A stretch of DNA of 64,000 bases, from contig OY763326.1 of assembly GCA_963667285.1 (NCBI GenBank), positions 4,152,030-4,216,029 of the forward strand. The letters run 5' to 3'. Every line of letters begins with the position of its first letter. The first letter of the stretch is position 1. The notes under the pieces were generated by a model. The model did not search any database, had not been told where the DNA came from, and saw only the letters and a list, made by a program, of their open reading frames with translations. Positions 12,000 to 22,321 of the stretch are shown here, piece after piece. Made by a program: the position numbers and the translations under genes. Source of the DNA: Alphaproteobacteria bacterium (GTDB taxonomy: Bacteria; Pseudomonadota; Alphaproteobacteria; MPNO01).

Positions 12000-13080
12000 C
12001 CTGGAACCCCGCGCCGGCGTCTCCGCCGCGATGATGGTGCTGACGCCTCTGATCGCCGTCGGGTTGACCCTGATCGCCGGTGTGATCCTGTTCGCGGCGC
12101 TGGGCTTCGACCCGGGCCGCGCGCTCTACACCTTTTTCATCAAGCCGGTCTCCACCCTCTACGGGGTGTCCGAGCTGCTGGTCAAGGCGACGCCGCTGGC
12201 CGTCATCGCGATCGGGCTGGCGCTCGGATTTCGCGCCAATGTGTGGAACATCGGCGCCGAGGGGCAGTTCACCCTGGGCGCGGTCTGCGGCGGCGGCGTG
12301 GCGCTCGCCCTGCACGGCGTCGACAGCTGGCTGGTGCTGCCCGCGATGGCGGTGGCGGGCATCATGGGCGGGCTCGTCTGGGGGGCGATCCCGGCCTTTC
12401 TCCGGGTGCGTTTCAACGCCAACGAAATCCTCACCAGCCTGATGCTGACCTATGTGGCGATCCTGCTGCTGAGCTACCTGGTGCACGGGCCGTGGCGCGA
12501 TCCGGAGGGGCGGAACTTCCCGGAATCGCGCATGTTCGAGGACTCGGCGCTGCTCCCGGTGATCCTCGACGGGACCCGGCTGTCGATCGCCGCGCCGATC
12601 ACGCTGCTGATCGTCCTCGTCGGATGGGTAGTTCTGAGCCGCGCCTTTGTCGGCTTCCAGATCAAGGTGGTCGGGCAGTCCCCCGCCGCCGCCAGCTATG
12701 CCGGGTTCTCGCAGAAGAGGCTGATCTGGACGACGCTCTGCGTCTCCGGGGCGCTTGCCGGGCTCGCCGGCATGTTCGAGGTGTCCGGGCCGATCGGCCA
12801 GCTCCACCCGGTGATCTCGCCGGGCTACGGCTTCACCGCGATCATCGTCGCCTTCCTCGGCCGGCTGCACCCGGTGGGCGTCCTGTTCGCCGCCCTGCTG
12901 GTCGCGCTCAGCTATCTCGGCGGAGAGCTGGCGCAGATCGAGCTCAAGCTGCCGCTCGCCCTGACCGGCGTGTTTCAGGGGATGCTGCTGTTCTTCCTGC
13001 TGGGGACCGACGTGCTGATCCGCTACCGCATCCGCTTCAGGCCGCGCGCCGCGCGAATCGCTGCGGCGCAGGAGGGCTGA
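11989..13080 (+). CDS. Nucleoside-type ABC transporter permease
   Basis: WNIGAEGQ, NEILTSLML, GYGFTAIIVAFLGRLHP. Confidence 0.9.
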   Translation: MRPSLEPRAGVSAAMMVLTPLIAVGLTLIAGVILFAALGFDPGRALYTFFIKPVSTLYGVSELLVKATPLAVIAIGLALGFRANVWNIGAEGQFTLGAVCGGGVALALHGVDSWLVLPAMAVAGIMGGLVWGAIPAFLRVRFNANEILTSLMLTYVAILLLSYLVHGPWRDPEGRNFPESRMFEDSALLPVILDGTRLSIAAPITLLIVLVGWVVLSRAFVGFQIKVVGQSPAAASYAGFSQKRLIWTTLCVSGALAGLAGMFEVSGPIGQLHPVISPGYGFTAIIVAFLGRLHPVGVLFAALLVALSYLGGELAQIELKLPLALTGVFQGMLLFFLLGTDVLIRYRIRFRPRAARIAAAQEG

Positions 13081-13081
13081 G

Positions 13082-14002
13082 TTGGACACCGCCGCCGCCG
13101 TGCTGGTCTCCATGATGGCCGCCGCCACGCCGCTGCTCTACGCCGCGCTCGGCGAGCTGGTGACCGAGAAGTCGGGCGTGCTCAATCTCGGCGTCGAGGG
13201 GATGATGATCACCGGCGCGGTGACCGCCTTCGCCGCCGCGACGATCACCGGCAGTTCGGCGCTCGGGATCGTCGCCGGGGCCGCGGCGGCGACCGCGCTG
13301 TCGCTGATCTTCGCCCTGTTGACGCTGTCGCTGGTCGCCAACCAGGTGGCGACCGGGCTGGCGCTCACCATCTTCGGCATCGGGTTCAGCGCGCTGATCG
13401 GCCAGGGCTATGTCGGAACGCCGCTCGACGCGCTGCCGAAGCTCGACATTCCCGGCATCAGCGACCTGACCTTCATCGGCCCGGTGCTGTTCGGGCACGA
13501 CTTCCTGGTCTACTTCTCCTTCGTGATGGTCGGCGCCGTGGCATGGTTCCTGTACCGCACCCGCGCCGGGCTGGTGCTGCGCGCGGTGGGCGAGTCGCAC
13601 GACGCGGCCCATGCCATCGGCTATCCCGTCATCGCCATCCGCTATCTCGCGGTCGCCTTCGGAGGCGCGATGGCCGGGCTCGGCGGCGCCTATCTCTCGC
13701 TCGCCTACACCCCGATGTGGATCGAGAACATGACCGCGGGGCGGGGCTGGATCGCCCTCGCCCTGGTGGTGTTCGCGACCTGGCGCCCGGGCCGGGTGCT
13801 GCTCGGCGCCTATCTGTTCGGCGGCGTCACCATCCTGCAGCTCCACGGGCAGGGATTCGGGTTGGACATCGCATCGCAGGTCCTCTCGATGCTGCCCTAT
13901 ATCGCGACCATCCTGGTGCTGGTGCTGATCTCCAGCGACCGCGCCCTGATCCGGCTCAACGCGCCGGCCGATATCGGCAGGATTTTCCGGCCCGCGAATT
14001 GA
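13082..14002 (+). CDS. Nucleoside-type ABC transporter permease
   Basis: EKSGVLNLGVEG, GRGWIALALVVFATWRP; TTG start. Confidence 0.9.
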   Translation: MDTAAAVLVSMMAAATPLLYAALGELVTEKSGVLNLGVEGMMITGAVTAFAAATITGSSALGIVAGAAAATALSLIFALLTLSLVANQVATGLALTIFGIGFSALIGQGYVGTPLDALPKLDIPGISDLTFIGPVLFGHDFLVYFSFVMVGAVAWFLYRTRAGLVLRAVGESHDAAHAIGYPVIAIRYLAVAFGGAMAGLGGAYLSLAYTPMWIENMTAGRGWIALALVVFATWRPGRVLLGAYLFGGVTILQLHGQGFGLDIASQVLSMLPYIATILVLVLISSDRALIRLNAPADIGRIFRPAN

Positions 14003-14073
14003 CGCGCGGTCTTATCACGGGCGGTTTCGGTCGGCTAAGATGCGGTGAAACCGTAGACAAGGAGAATCGAGTC

Positions 14074-15147
14074 ATGAAACGCGCAGGATTCTTGCTGGCC
14101 GCGGCGGCCGCGCTGGCGCTTGCCGGCGGCGCCCAGGCCGCCGACAAGCTCAAGGTGGGCTTCGTCTATGTCGGCCCGATCGGCGACCATGGCTGGACCT
14201 ACCGCCACGACGTCGGCCGCCTGGCGGTCGAGAAGGCGCTGGGCGACAAGGTCGAGACCACCTATGTCGAGAGCGTGAGCGAGGGCGCGGATGCCGAACG
14301 CGTCATCCGCCAGCTCGCCTCGACCGGCCACGGGCTGATCTTCACCACCTCGTTCGGCTTCATGAACCCGACCGTCAAGGTCGCCAAGAAGTTCCCCAAG
14401 GTGAAGTTCGAGCACTGCTCGGGCTACAAGCGCGGGGCGAACGTCTCGACCTACCTGGCCCGCTTCTACGAGGGACGGACGATCTCCGGCCTGATCGCGG
14501 GCAAGATGACCAAGTCGAACGTCATCGGCTATATCGCCTCCTTCCCGATTCCCGAGGTCGTGCGCGGCATCAACGCGTTCACGCTGGCGCTGCGCGAGGT
14601 CAACCCGAGGGCCGAGGTCAAGGTGGTGTGGGTCAACACCTGGTACGACCCGGGCAAGGAAGGCGACGCCGCCAAGGCGCTGATCGACCAGGGCGCCGAC
14701 ATCATCCTTCAGCACACCGATTCGCCCGCCCCGGCGCAGATCGCGCAGAAGCGGGGCGTCTGGGCGGTGGGCCAGGCCTCCGACATGACCAAGTTCGCGC
14801 CCAAGGCGCATCTGACCGCGATCATCGACGACTGGAACAACTACTACGTCGCCCGCACCAGGGCGGTGCTCGACGGGACCTGGAAGTCGCAGAACGTCTG
14901 GGAAGGGCTCGACACCGGCATGATTGCCATGGCGTCCTACAACCCGGCGATCCCCGAGGACGTGGTCGCGCTGGCCAGGCAGGCCGAGGCCGACATCAAA
15001 TCCGGCAAGCGCCATCCCTTCCAGGGGCCGGTGCGCGACCAGGCCGGCAAGGTCGTCATCCCCGAGGGCAAGGCGGCCGACGACAAGATGCTGCTCTCGA
15101 TGGACTGGTATGTCGAGGGCGTGCAGGGCAAGCTGCCCGGCAAGTAG
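14074..15147 (+). CDS. BMP-family ABC substrate-binding protein (purine nucleoside-like)
   Basis: Signal peptide; YVGPIGDHGWTY, FTTSFGFM, WVNTWYDP; SD AAGGAG. Confidence 0.92.
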   Translation: MKRAGFLLAAAAALALAGGAQAADKLKVGFVYVGPIGDHGWTYRHDVGRLAVEKALGDKVETTYVESVSEGADAERVIRQLASTGHGLIFTTSFGFMNPTVKVAKKFPKVKFEHCSGYKRGANVSTYLARFYEGRTISGLIAGKMTKSNVIGYIASFPIPEVVRGINAFTLALREVNPRAEVKVVWVNTWYDPGKEGDAAKALIDQGADIILQHTDSPAPAQIAQKRGVWAVGQASDMTKFAPKAHLTAIIDDWNNYYVARTRAVLDGTWKSQNVWEGLDTGMIAMASYNPAIPEDVVALARQAEADIKSGKRHPFQGPVRDQAGKVVIPEGKAADDKMLLSMDWYVEGVQGKLPGK

Positions 15148-15162
15148 GCGCGGACCCGAGAG

Positions 15163-15195
15163 AGCCCGGCGCAGCTCCCGCGCCGGGCTTTTTCT
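15163..15195 (+). terminator. Rho-independent terminator of the ABC operon
   Basis: AGCCCGGCGC-7nt-GCGCCGGGCT followed by TTTTCT. Confidence 0.8.
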
Positions 15196-15268
15196 CGGCC
15201 GTCCGCCGGCCGCGCGCCTATATATGTAACGTCCGGCGTCTCCGACACCGGCCCGATCCGAGGACGCG

Positions 15269-16612
15269 ATGAGGCTGTCGAGCTTCTTCCTGCCCACTTC
15301 GAGGGACGACCCGGCCGAGGCGCAGATCGTCTCGCACCGGCTGATGCTGCGCGCAGGCATGATCCGCCAGGCCAGCGCCGGCATCTATTCCTGGCTGCCG
15401 CTCGGCTTCCGCGCGCTGCGCAATGTGGAGCGCATCGTGCGCGAGGAGCAGGATCGCGCGGGCTGCCAGGAAATGCTGATGCCGACCATCCAGTCGGCGG
15501 ATCTGTGGCGCGAGAGCGGGCGCTACGAGGGTTACGGCAAGGAGATGCTGCGCATCGAGGACCGTCACGGGCGCGACATGCTGTACGGTCCAACCAACGA
15601 GGAACTGATCACGGAAATCTTCAGACATTACGTCAAGAGTTACCGTGAACTGCCGAAACTCCTTTATCATATCCAGTGGAAATTCCGCGACGAGGTGCGC
15701 CCCAGATTCGGCGTGATGCGGGGCCGCGAGTTCCTCATGAAGGACAGCTATTCCTTCGATCTCGACTACCAGGGCGCGCGCCGGTCCTACAACAAGATGT
15801 TCGTCTCGTATCTGCGCACCTTCGCCAGGCTCGGGCTCAGGGCGATCCCGATGCAGGCCGATACCGGCCCGATCGGCGGCGATCTCAGCCACGAATTCAT
15901 CATCCTCGCCGGCACCGGCGAGAGCGAGGTGTATTGCCACCGAACCCTCGTCGAACAGGATGTGCTGGGCGACGAGGTGGACTACGAGGCGGATCTCGCG
16001 CCGGAGGTCGCGCGCTGGACCGGGCTCTACGCGGCGACCGACGAGAAGTTCGACGAGGCGCAAGCCGCGGCGCTCGGCGACGATCTGGTGCGGGCGCGGG
16101 GCATCGAAGTCGGCCACATCTTCTATTTCGGCACCAAGTACTCCAGGGCGATGAACGCGGCGGTGCGCGGCCCGGAGGACGAGGAGATCTTCCTGGAGAT
16201 GGGCTCCTACGGGATCGGCGTCTCGCGCCTGGTGGGCGCCATCATCGAGGCCTCGCACGACGAGGACGGCATCGTCTGGCCGGAAGCGGTCGCGCCGTTC
16301 CGGGTCGGGCTGGTCAATCTGAAGGCCGGCGATGCGAAATGCGACGGCGCCTGCGAGGAGATTTACCGGACGTTGGAGGGGGCGGGCAGCGAGACCCTGG
16401 TGGACGACCGCGCTCTGCGCGCGGGAGCCAAGTTCGCCGACATGGACCTGATCGGCCTGCCGTGGCAGGTCATCGTCGGCCCGCGCGGAGTAGCCGGCGG
16501 CACCGTCGAGCTCAAGCGGCGCGACAGCGGCGCGCGCGAGGAGCTTTCCGTCGAATCCGCTCTCGCCCGGCTGACCGCGCCGCCCGGCGCCGGAGGCTTG
16601 GCCGCTTCGTGA
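15269..16612 (+). CDS. proS: Proline--tRNA ligase (short form without editing domain)
   Basis: [46 protein letters not shown]. Confidence 0.97.
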   Translation: MRLSSFFLPTSRDDPAEAQIVSHRLMLRAGMIRQASAGIYSWLPLGFRALRNVERIVREEQDRAGCQEMLMPTIQSADLWRESGRYEGYGKEMLRIEDRHGRDMLYGPTNEELITEIFRHYVKSYRELPKLLYHIQWKFRDEVRPRFGVMRGREFLMKDSYSFDLDYQGARRSYNKMFVSYLRTFARLGLRAIPMQADTGPIGGDLSHEFIILAGTGESEVYCHRTLVEQDVLGDEVDYEADLAPEVARWTGLYAATDEKFDEAQAAALGDDLVRARGIEVGHIFYFGTKYSRAMNAAVRGPEDEEIFLEMGSYGIGVSRLVGAIIEASHDEDGIVWPEAVAPFRVGLVNLKAGDAKCDGACEEIYRTLEGAGSETLVDDRALRAGAKFADMDLIGLPWQVIVGPRGVAGGTVELKRRDSGAREELSVESALARLTAPPGAGGLAAS

Positions 16613-17856
16613 TTTTCTCCGCGCTCGAGCGCATGATCGCGATGCGCTATTTGCGGGCCCGGCGCGAAGAGGGCTTCATCTCCGTCATCGCGGGGTTTTC
16701 GCTGGCCGGCATCGCGCTCGGCGTCGGCACGCTGATCGTGGTCATGTCGGTGATGAACGGTTTCCGGGCCGAGCTCATGTCCCGCATCCTCGGGCTCAAC
16801 GGTCATCTCGGGGTGCGCGCGGTATCGGGCAGCCTCAAGGACTTCGATTCGCTGGCCGGGAGGCTGAGAGCCATCCCGGGCGTCGTCAGCGTGACCCCGC
16901 TCGTCGAAGGTCAGGTCATGGCGACCGCCAACGGGGTCGCGGGCGGCGCCCTGGTGCGCGCGCTGCGTCCCGACGATCTGAAAGCGAGGCGCGCCATCGC
17001 CGAGGGCATCGAGAGCGGCAGCCTCGACGACTTCGAGGGCAGGAGCGCCGTCCTGGTGGGCGACAGCTTCGCCAGGCGCTACGGGCTGGCGCCGGGCTCG
17101 GCGCTGCGGCTGATCTCGCCGGAAACCAGCACCACCGCCTTCGGGACCATGCCCCGGACGAAGACCTACAAGGTCGCCGCGATCTTCGACGTCGGCATGT
17201 TCCAGTACGACAACGGCTTCGTGTTCATGACGCTCGACGCCGCCCAGCGCCACTTCCGCACCGGGCAGGCGGTGACCCAGCTCGAAGTGTTTCTCGACGA
17301 CCCCGACGGCGTGGACGGCATCAAGCCGCAGATCCGCGGACAGACCGAGCGCAAGCTGCGGCTGATCGACTGGCAGCAATCGAACGCCGCCTTCTTCAAC
17401 GCCATCGAGGTGGAGAGGAACGTGATGTTCCTCATCCTGACGCTGATCATCCTGGTCGCGGCGTTCAACATCGTTTCCAGCCTGATCATGCTGGTCAAGG
17501 ACAAGGGTTCCGATATCGCGATCCTCCGGACCATGGGCGCGAGCCGGGCGGCGGTGATGCGGATCTTCCTGCTCGCCGGCGCCTCGATCGGCATCGTCGG
17601 CACCCTGATCGGCTTCATTCTCGGCCTCGCCTTCGCGAGCAACATCGAGACCATCCGCGGCTGGCTGGAGGCGCTTTCCGGCACCAACCTGTTCGCGGCC
17701 GAGATCTATTTCCTGTCGCGGCTGCCGTCGCGTGTCGAGGTAGACGACGTGCTGTTCGTCGTCGCGCTCTCGATCGTGCTGTCGCTGCTGGCGACGCTCT
17801 ACCCGGCGTGGCGCGCGTCGCGGCTCGATCCGGTCGAGGCGCTGCGCTATGAGTGA
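16609..17856 (+). CDS. lolE: Lipoprotein-releasing ABC transporter permease LolC/E
   Basis: [48 protein letters not shown]. Confidence 0.93.
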   Translation: MIFSALERMIAMRYLRARREEGFISVIAGFSLAGIALGVGTLIVVMSVMNGFRAELMSRILGLNGHLGVRAVSGSLKDFDSLAGRLRAIPGVVSVTPLVEGQVMATANGVAGGALVRALRPDDLKARRAIAEGIESGSLDDFEGRSAVLVGDSFARRYGLAPGSALRLISPETSTTAFGTMPRTKTYKVAAIFDVGMFQYDNGFVFMTLDAAQRHFRTGQAVTQLEVFLDDPDGVDGIKPQIRGQTERKLRLIDWQQSNAAFFNAIEVERNVMFLILTLIILVAAFNIVSSLIMLVKDKGSDIAILRTMGASRAAVMRIFLLAGASIGIVGTLIGFILGLAFASNIETIRGWLEALSGTNLFAAEIYFLSRLPSRVEVDDVLFVVALSIVLSLLATLYPAWRASRLDPVEALRYE

Positions 17857-18556
17857 TCCCGCGCCGGCGATTGCCCTCGACCGGGTCGCCAAGACCTACC
17901 GCCAGGCCGGCGGCGGGCTCGAGGTGCTGAAATCGGTCAGCCTGTCGGTCATGCCGGGCGAGATCGTCGCCATCGTCGGCCCGTCGGGCGCCGGCAAGTC
18001 GACCCTGCTCCACATCGCCGGGCTGCTCGACCGGCCGACCGGCGGCTCGGTCCGCTTCGGCGACGAGGACTGCGCCGCGCTCGGCGACGACCGGCGGACC
18101 GCGCTCCGGCGCGGCGGCATCGGCTTCGTCTACCAGTTCCACCACCTGCTGCCCGAGTTCTCCGCGCTCGAGAACATCGTGCTGCCGCAGATGATCGCCG
18201 GCCGCCGCCGGCGCGAGGCGGCGGACCGGGCGCGCGAGCTGCTGGGGCAGATGGGGCTCGCCGAACGGGCCAGCCACCGCCCGGCGCGGCTCTCCGGCGG
18301 CGAACAGCAGAGGGTCGCGATCGGCCGCGCGCTGGCCAACCGTCCGAAAGTGCTGATCGCCGACGAACCGACGGGAAATCTCGACCCGCAGACCGCCCTG
18401 TCGGTGTTCCGGATGCTGCTGTCTGCGGTGCGCGACCACGGGGTGGCGGCCCTGATCGCCACCCACAACACCGAGCTCGCCGCCCGGATGGACCGCCGCC
18501 TGGTGCTGCGCGACGGCGCGATCCAGTTCGACGACGGACCCGCGACCGTCGAGTAA
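17849..18556 (+). CDS. lolD: Lipoprotein-releasing ABC transporter ATPase
   Basis: [22 protein letters not shown] (LolD motif), LSGGEQQR. Confidence 0.95.
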   Translation: MSDPAPAIALDRVAKTYRQAGGGLEVLKSVSLSVMPGEIVAIVGPSGAGKSTLLHIAGLLDRPTGGSVRFGDEDCAALGDDRRTALRRGGIGFVYQFHHLLPEFSALENIVLPQMIAGRRRREAADRARELLGQMGLAERASHRPARLSGGEQQRVAIGRALANRPKVLIADEPTGNLDPQTALSVFRMLLSAVRDHGVAALIATHNTELAARMDRRLVLRDGAIQFDDGPATVE

Positions 18557-18646
18557 TCCACAGGCGAAGAGCCCCTGCGCGATTGGTGATTCGCCGCGCG
18601 CGTGGAATCCTGTGGCATCACAGTGTCCGCCGCCCATGTGCCGCCC

Positions 18647-21600
18647 ATGTCACACGCCGATTACGTCCATCTCCGGGTCCATACCGCCTATTCGCTTTCC
18701 GAAGGGGCGATCAAGATCCCCGACCTCGTTCGGCTCTGCGTTGCCGAGGCGATGCCCGCGGTCGCGGTCACCGATACGAACAACCTCTTCGGCGCGCTCG
18801 AATTCGCCATGGCGGCGGCGGCCGAGGGGGTGCAGCCGATCATCGGCTGCCAGCTCGCCGTGGCCTCGATGGACGCCGATTCCGCGATCGAGAGCGCCGC
18901 CAGGCCGGGGGCGCGCAACGGGCGCAAGAGACGGCGCGATTCGCTGGTCCTGCTGGTGCAGAACGAGGAGGGCTACGGCAACCTGACGCGCCTGGTCTCG
19001 CGCGCGTTCCTCGAATCCGAGGCGGGCGATCCGCATGTCTCCTTCGCGGATGTCGCGGCGCACCGGTCGGGGCTGATCGCGCTGACCGCCGGCACTTCGG
19101 GCACGCTCGGCCGCCTGCTCGCGGACGGGCAGGTGCAGAAGGCGAGCGGCGCGCTGCAACAGCTGCGCGAAGCGTTCCCGGACCGGCTCTATATCGAGCT
19201 CACCCGCCACGGCGAAGAGATCGAGAGGCGGATCGAGGACGACCTGATCGACCTCGCGATGACCCACGACCTGCCGCTGGTCGCCACCAACGAGGCGTTC
19301 TTCGCCGACGCCGCGATGTACGAGGCGCATGACGCGCTGCTGTGCATCGCCGAGGGCGCCCATGTGGTGGAGCAGGACCGGCGCCGGCTCACGGCCGAGC
19401 ACCGGTTCCGCAGCGCCGCCGAGATGCGCGCGCTGTTCGCCGACCTGCCCGAGGCGCTCGACAACACGCTGACGATCGCCCGGCGCTGCGCCTTCATGCC
19501 GGAGCCGCGCCAGCCGATCCTGCCGCGCTACCGGGCGGCGGGCGGGGAGAGCGAAGCCGACGCGCTGACCGCCGCGGCGCAGGCCGGGCTCGAAGCCCGT
19601 CTCGAAGCCGGCGTCTATCCCGCCGGCGCGACGGCCGAACAGAAGGACGAAGCCGCGAAACCCTATCGCGAGCGGCTCGCCTACGAGCTGGAGACCATCA
19701 TCGGGATGGGCTTCCCGGGCTATTTTCTGATCGTCGCCGACTTCATCCAGTGGGCGAAGAGGCAGCGGATCCCGGTCGGGCCGGGGCGCGGCTCGGGCGC
19801 CGGCTCGGTGGTCGCCTGGTCGCTCACGATCACCGATCTCGACCCGCTGCGCTTCGGGCTCCTGTTCGAGCGCTTTCTCAACCCGGACCGCGTCTCGATG
19901 CCGGATTTCGACATCGACTTCTGCCAGGACCGGCGCGACGAGGTGATCCGCTATGTCCAGGACAAGTACGGCGCCGATCGGGTAGCCCAGATCATCACCT
20001 TCGGGACGTTGCAGGCGCGGGCGGCGATCCGCGACGTGGGGCGGGTCCTGGGCATGCCCTATGGCCAGGTCGACCGGATTTCCAAGCTCGTGCCGTTCAA
20101 CCCCGCCCATCCGCCGACCCTCGCCGAAGCGCTGGAGAAGGAGCCGCAGCTGCGCGAGATGCGCGCCGGCGACGAACAGGTGGCGCGGCTGCTCGACCTC
20201 GCGATGGCCCTCGAAGGGCTGTACCGCCACACCTCCACCCACGCCGCGGGGGTGGTGATCGGCGACCGGCCGCTCGACGAGCTGGTGCCGCTCTACCGCG
20301 ATCCCCGCTCGGACCTGCCGGCGACCCAGTTCTCGATGAAGTACACGGAGCTGTCCGGTCTGGTGAAGTTCGACTTCCTCGGGCTGAAGACGCTGAGCGT
20401 GCTCGACCGCGCGCTCAAGCTGATTCCCGAGGGAGCGCGGCCGGACCTGCTGGCGCTGCCCTTCGACGACGCCGGGACCTACGCCATGCTGGGGCGCGGG
20501 GACACCGCCGGGGTGTTCCAGATGGAAAGCGCCGGCATGCGCGACGCGCTGCGCCAGATGAAGCCCGACTGCATCGAGGACCTGATCGCCCTGGTCGCGC
20601 TGTACCGCCCGGGGCCGATGGACAACATCCCGCGCTACAACAACTGCAAGCACGGGCGCGAGCAGCCCGACTACCTGCACCCCGACCTGGAAGACATCCT
20701 GCGCGAGACCTTCGGCGTGATCATCTACCAGGAACAGGTCATGCAGATCGCGCAGAAGCTGTCCGGCTTCAGCCTCGCCGGGGCCGATCTGCTGCGCCGC
20801 GCGATGGGCAAGAAGATCCAGGCCGAGATGGACGCCCAGCGCGGCGCCTTCGTCGACGGCGCGGTCGCGCGCGGCGTGGACGAATCGAAGGCGCGGCAGA
20901 TCTTCGAGCAGGTCGACAAGTTCGCCGGCTACGGCTTCAACAAGTCGCACGCCGCAGCCTATGCGCTGATCGCCTACCAGACCGCCTGGCTGAAGGCCAA
21001 CCACCCGGTCGAGTTCTTCGCCGCCCTGATGACCCTCGACCTCGGCAACACGGACAAGCTCGGCGTCATCCGCCAGGAGCTCCAGCGTCTCGACATCCCG
21101 CTGCTGCCGCCCGACGTCAACCGCTCGGCCGCCGCGTTCTCGGTCGAGGAGACCAGCAACGGCAGCCGGGGAAAGGCAATCCGCTACGCCCTCGCGGCGA
21201 TCCGCAAGGTGGGCGGGCAGGCGATGGAGGATCTCGCCGCCGAGCGCGAATCCGGCGGGCCGTTCCGGGACGAGTTCGATTTCGCGCAACGGCTCGGCGG
21301 GACGCTGGCCAATCGCCAGCAGCTCGAAAACCTGGTACGGGCGGGCGCGCTCGACTGCCTGAACCCCAACCGGCGCCAGACCTTCGAGGCGATCGACCGT
21401 CTGGTGCGGCTCGGCCAGTCCGCCGCCCAGGCGCGCGACAGCAACCAGACCAGCCTGTTCGGCGAGGACGGGGACGGGTTGCCTCCGGTGGAGCAGCAGC
21501 GCCCCGAGGTTGCGGACTGGACCGCCATGGAGCGCCTCGACCACGAATTCGACGCGGTGGGCTTCTATCTCTCGGCGCACCCGCTGGACGGCAACGAGCG

Positions 21601-22141
21601 CCGTCTCAAGCGGCTCGGAGTCGCGCCCTACGCCGAAATCGCGCGCCGCGCGGAATCGGGGACCTGCAAGCTCGCCGGCATCGTCGCCGCGCGGCAGGAG
21701 CGTACCTCGCCCAGGGGGAACCGCTTCGCCTATGTCCGGCTGACCGATTCTTCCGGCGCCTTCGAGGTGGTTGTGTTCAACGAGCTGCTCGGCCAGTCGC
21801 GCGAACTCCTCGAGGCAAACAGCCGGGTGCTTGTCACCGCCGAATCGCGCGCCGAAGGCGACGGGGTGCGCCTGATCGCGCACCGTATCGAACCGCTCGA
21901 CCGGGCGATAGACGGAATGGAGACCGGGCTCCAGGTGCGGGTGGCCGATTCCGCCTGTCTGCCCACCGTCAAGTCCGAGGTCGGACGCTGGAAGCGGGGG
22001 CGCGGCCGGGTGAGCATCCTGATCGCCGTCGATTCGGGGCATGAGGTCGAGGTCACGCTGCCTGGCGGCTACGCGGTGCCGGCCGACGGCCCGCCGGCGC
22101 TCGACGCCCTCGCCGGGGTGAGCGAGGTCAACGAGCTGTAA
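18647..22141 (+). CDS. dnaE: DNA polymerase III alpha subunit
   Basis: PHP HLRVHTAYSL, GPGRGSGAGS, SMPDFDIDF, FNKSH, QTSLF clamp motif. Confidence 0.98.
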   Translation: MSHADYVHLRVHTAYSLSEGAIKIPDLVRLCVAEAMPAVAVTDTNNLFGALEFAMAAAAEGVQPIIGCQLAVASMDADSAIESAARPGARNGRKRRRDSLVLLVQNEEGYGNLTRLVSRAFLESEAGDPHVSFADVAAHRSGLIALTAGTSGTLGRLLADGQVQKASGALQQLREAFPDRLYIELTRHGEEIERRIEDDLIDLAMTHDLPLVATNEAFFADAAMYEAHDALLCIAEGAHVVEQDRRRLTAEHRFRSAAEMRALFADLPEALDNTLTIARRCAFMPEPRQPILPRYRAAGGESEADALTAAAQAGLEARLEAGVYPAGATAEQKDEAAKPYRERLAYELETIIGMGFPGYFLIVADFIQWAKRQRIPVGPGRGSGAGSVVAWSLTITDLDPLRFGLLFERFLNPDRVSMPDFDIDFCQDRRDEVIRYVQDKYGADRVAQIITFGTLQARAAIRDVGRVLGMPYGQVDRISKLVPFNPAHPPTLAEALEKEPQLREMRAGDEQVARLLDLAMALEGLYRHTSTHAAGVVIGDRPLDELVPLYRDPRSDLPATQFSMKYTELSGLVKFDFLGLKTLSVLDRALKLIPEGARPDLLALPFDDAGTYAMLGRGDTAGVFQMESAGMRDALRQMKPDCIEDLIALVALYRPGPMDNIPRYNNCKHGREQPDYLHPDLEDILRETFGVIIYQEQVMQIAQKLSGFSLAGADLLRRAMGKKIQAEMDAQRGAFVDGAVARGVDESKARQIFEQVDKFAGYGFNKSHAAAYALIAYQTAWLKANHPVEFFAALMTLDLGNTDKLGVIRQELQRLDIPLLPPDVNRSAAAFSVEETSNGSRGKAIRYALAAIRKVGGQAMEDLAAERESGGPFRDEFDFAQRLGGTLANRQQLENLVRAGALDCLNPNRRQTFEAIDRLVRLGQSAAQARDSNQTSLFGEDGDGLPPVEQQRPEVADWTAMERLDHEFDAVGFYLSAHPLDGNERRLKRLGVAPYAEIARRAESGTCKLAGIVAARQERTSPRGNRFAYVRLTDSSGAFEVVVFNELLGQSRELLEANSRVLVTAESRAEGDGVRLIAHRIEPLDRAIDGMETGLQVRVADSACLPTVKSEVGRWKRGRGRVSILIAVDSGHEVEVTLPGGYAVPADGPPALDALAGVSEVNEL

Positions 22142-22167
22142 GGCTCCGTCGAGGACCCTGATTTCGC

Positions 22168-22196
22168 TTGCGAATGCGGGGCTCCGGGTTTATCAC
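22168..22196 (+). promoter_or_regulatory. Candidate sigma70 promoter of rpsB-tsf
   Basis: TTGCGA-17nt-TATCAC immediately upstream of the rpsB leader. Confidence 0.5.
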
Positions 22197-22211
22197 AGCC
22201 GCGCTTCATAG

Positions 22212-22306
22212 AACGCACGCGGGGAGCGGAAGACGCGCCGTCTTCCATCCGGTCGGCACGGGAACAGCGCGTTCCCGGGCCGCAATGCCCGCGGAGGTAT
22301 AACCGG
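22212..22306 (+). ncRNA. rpsB 5' leader (t44/S2 autoregulatory RNA-like)
   Basis: CGCGG...CCGCG closing stem, internal hairpins GGAAGAC/GTCTTCC and CGGGAAC/GTTCCCG, ending in GGAGGTATAACC as in rpsB leaders. Confidence 0.65.
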
Positions 22307-22321
22307 ACGAGGACCGACATC

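Noticed and set aside
18647-22141. Intein or insertion in DnaE
   Set aside because: Length (1164 aa) is normal and no intein splice motifs or LAGLIDADG blocks were seen.
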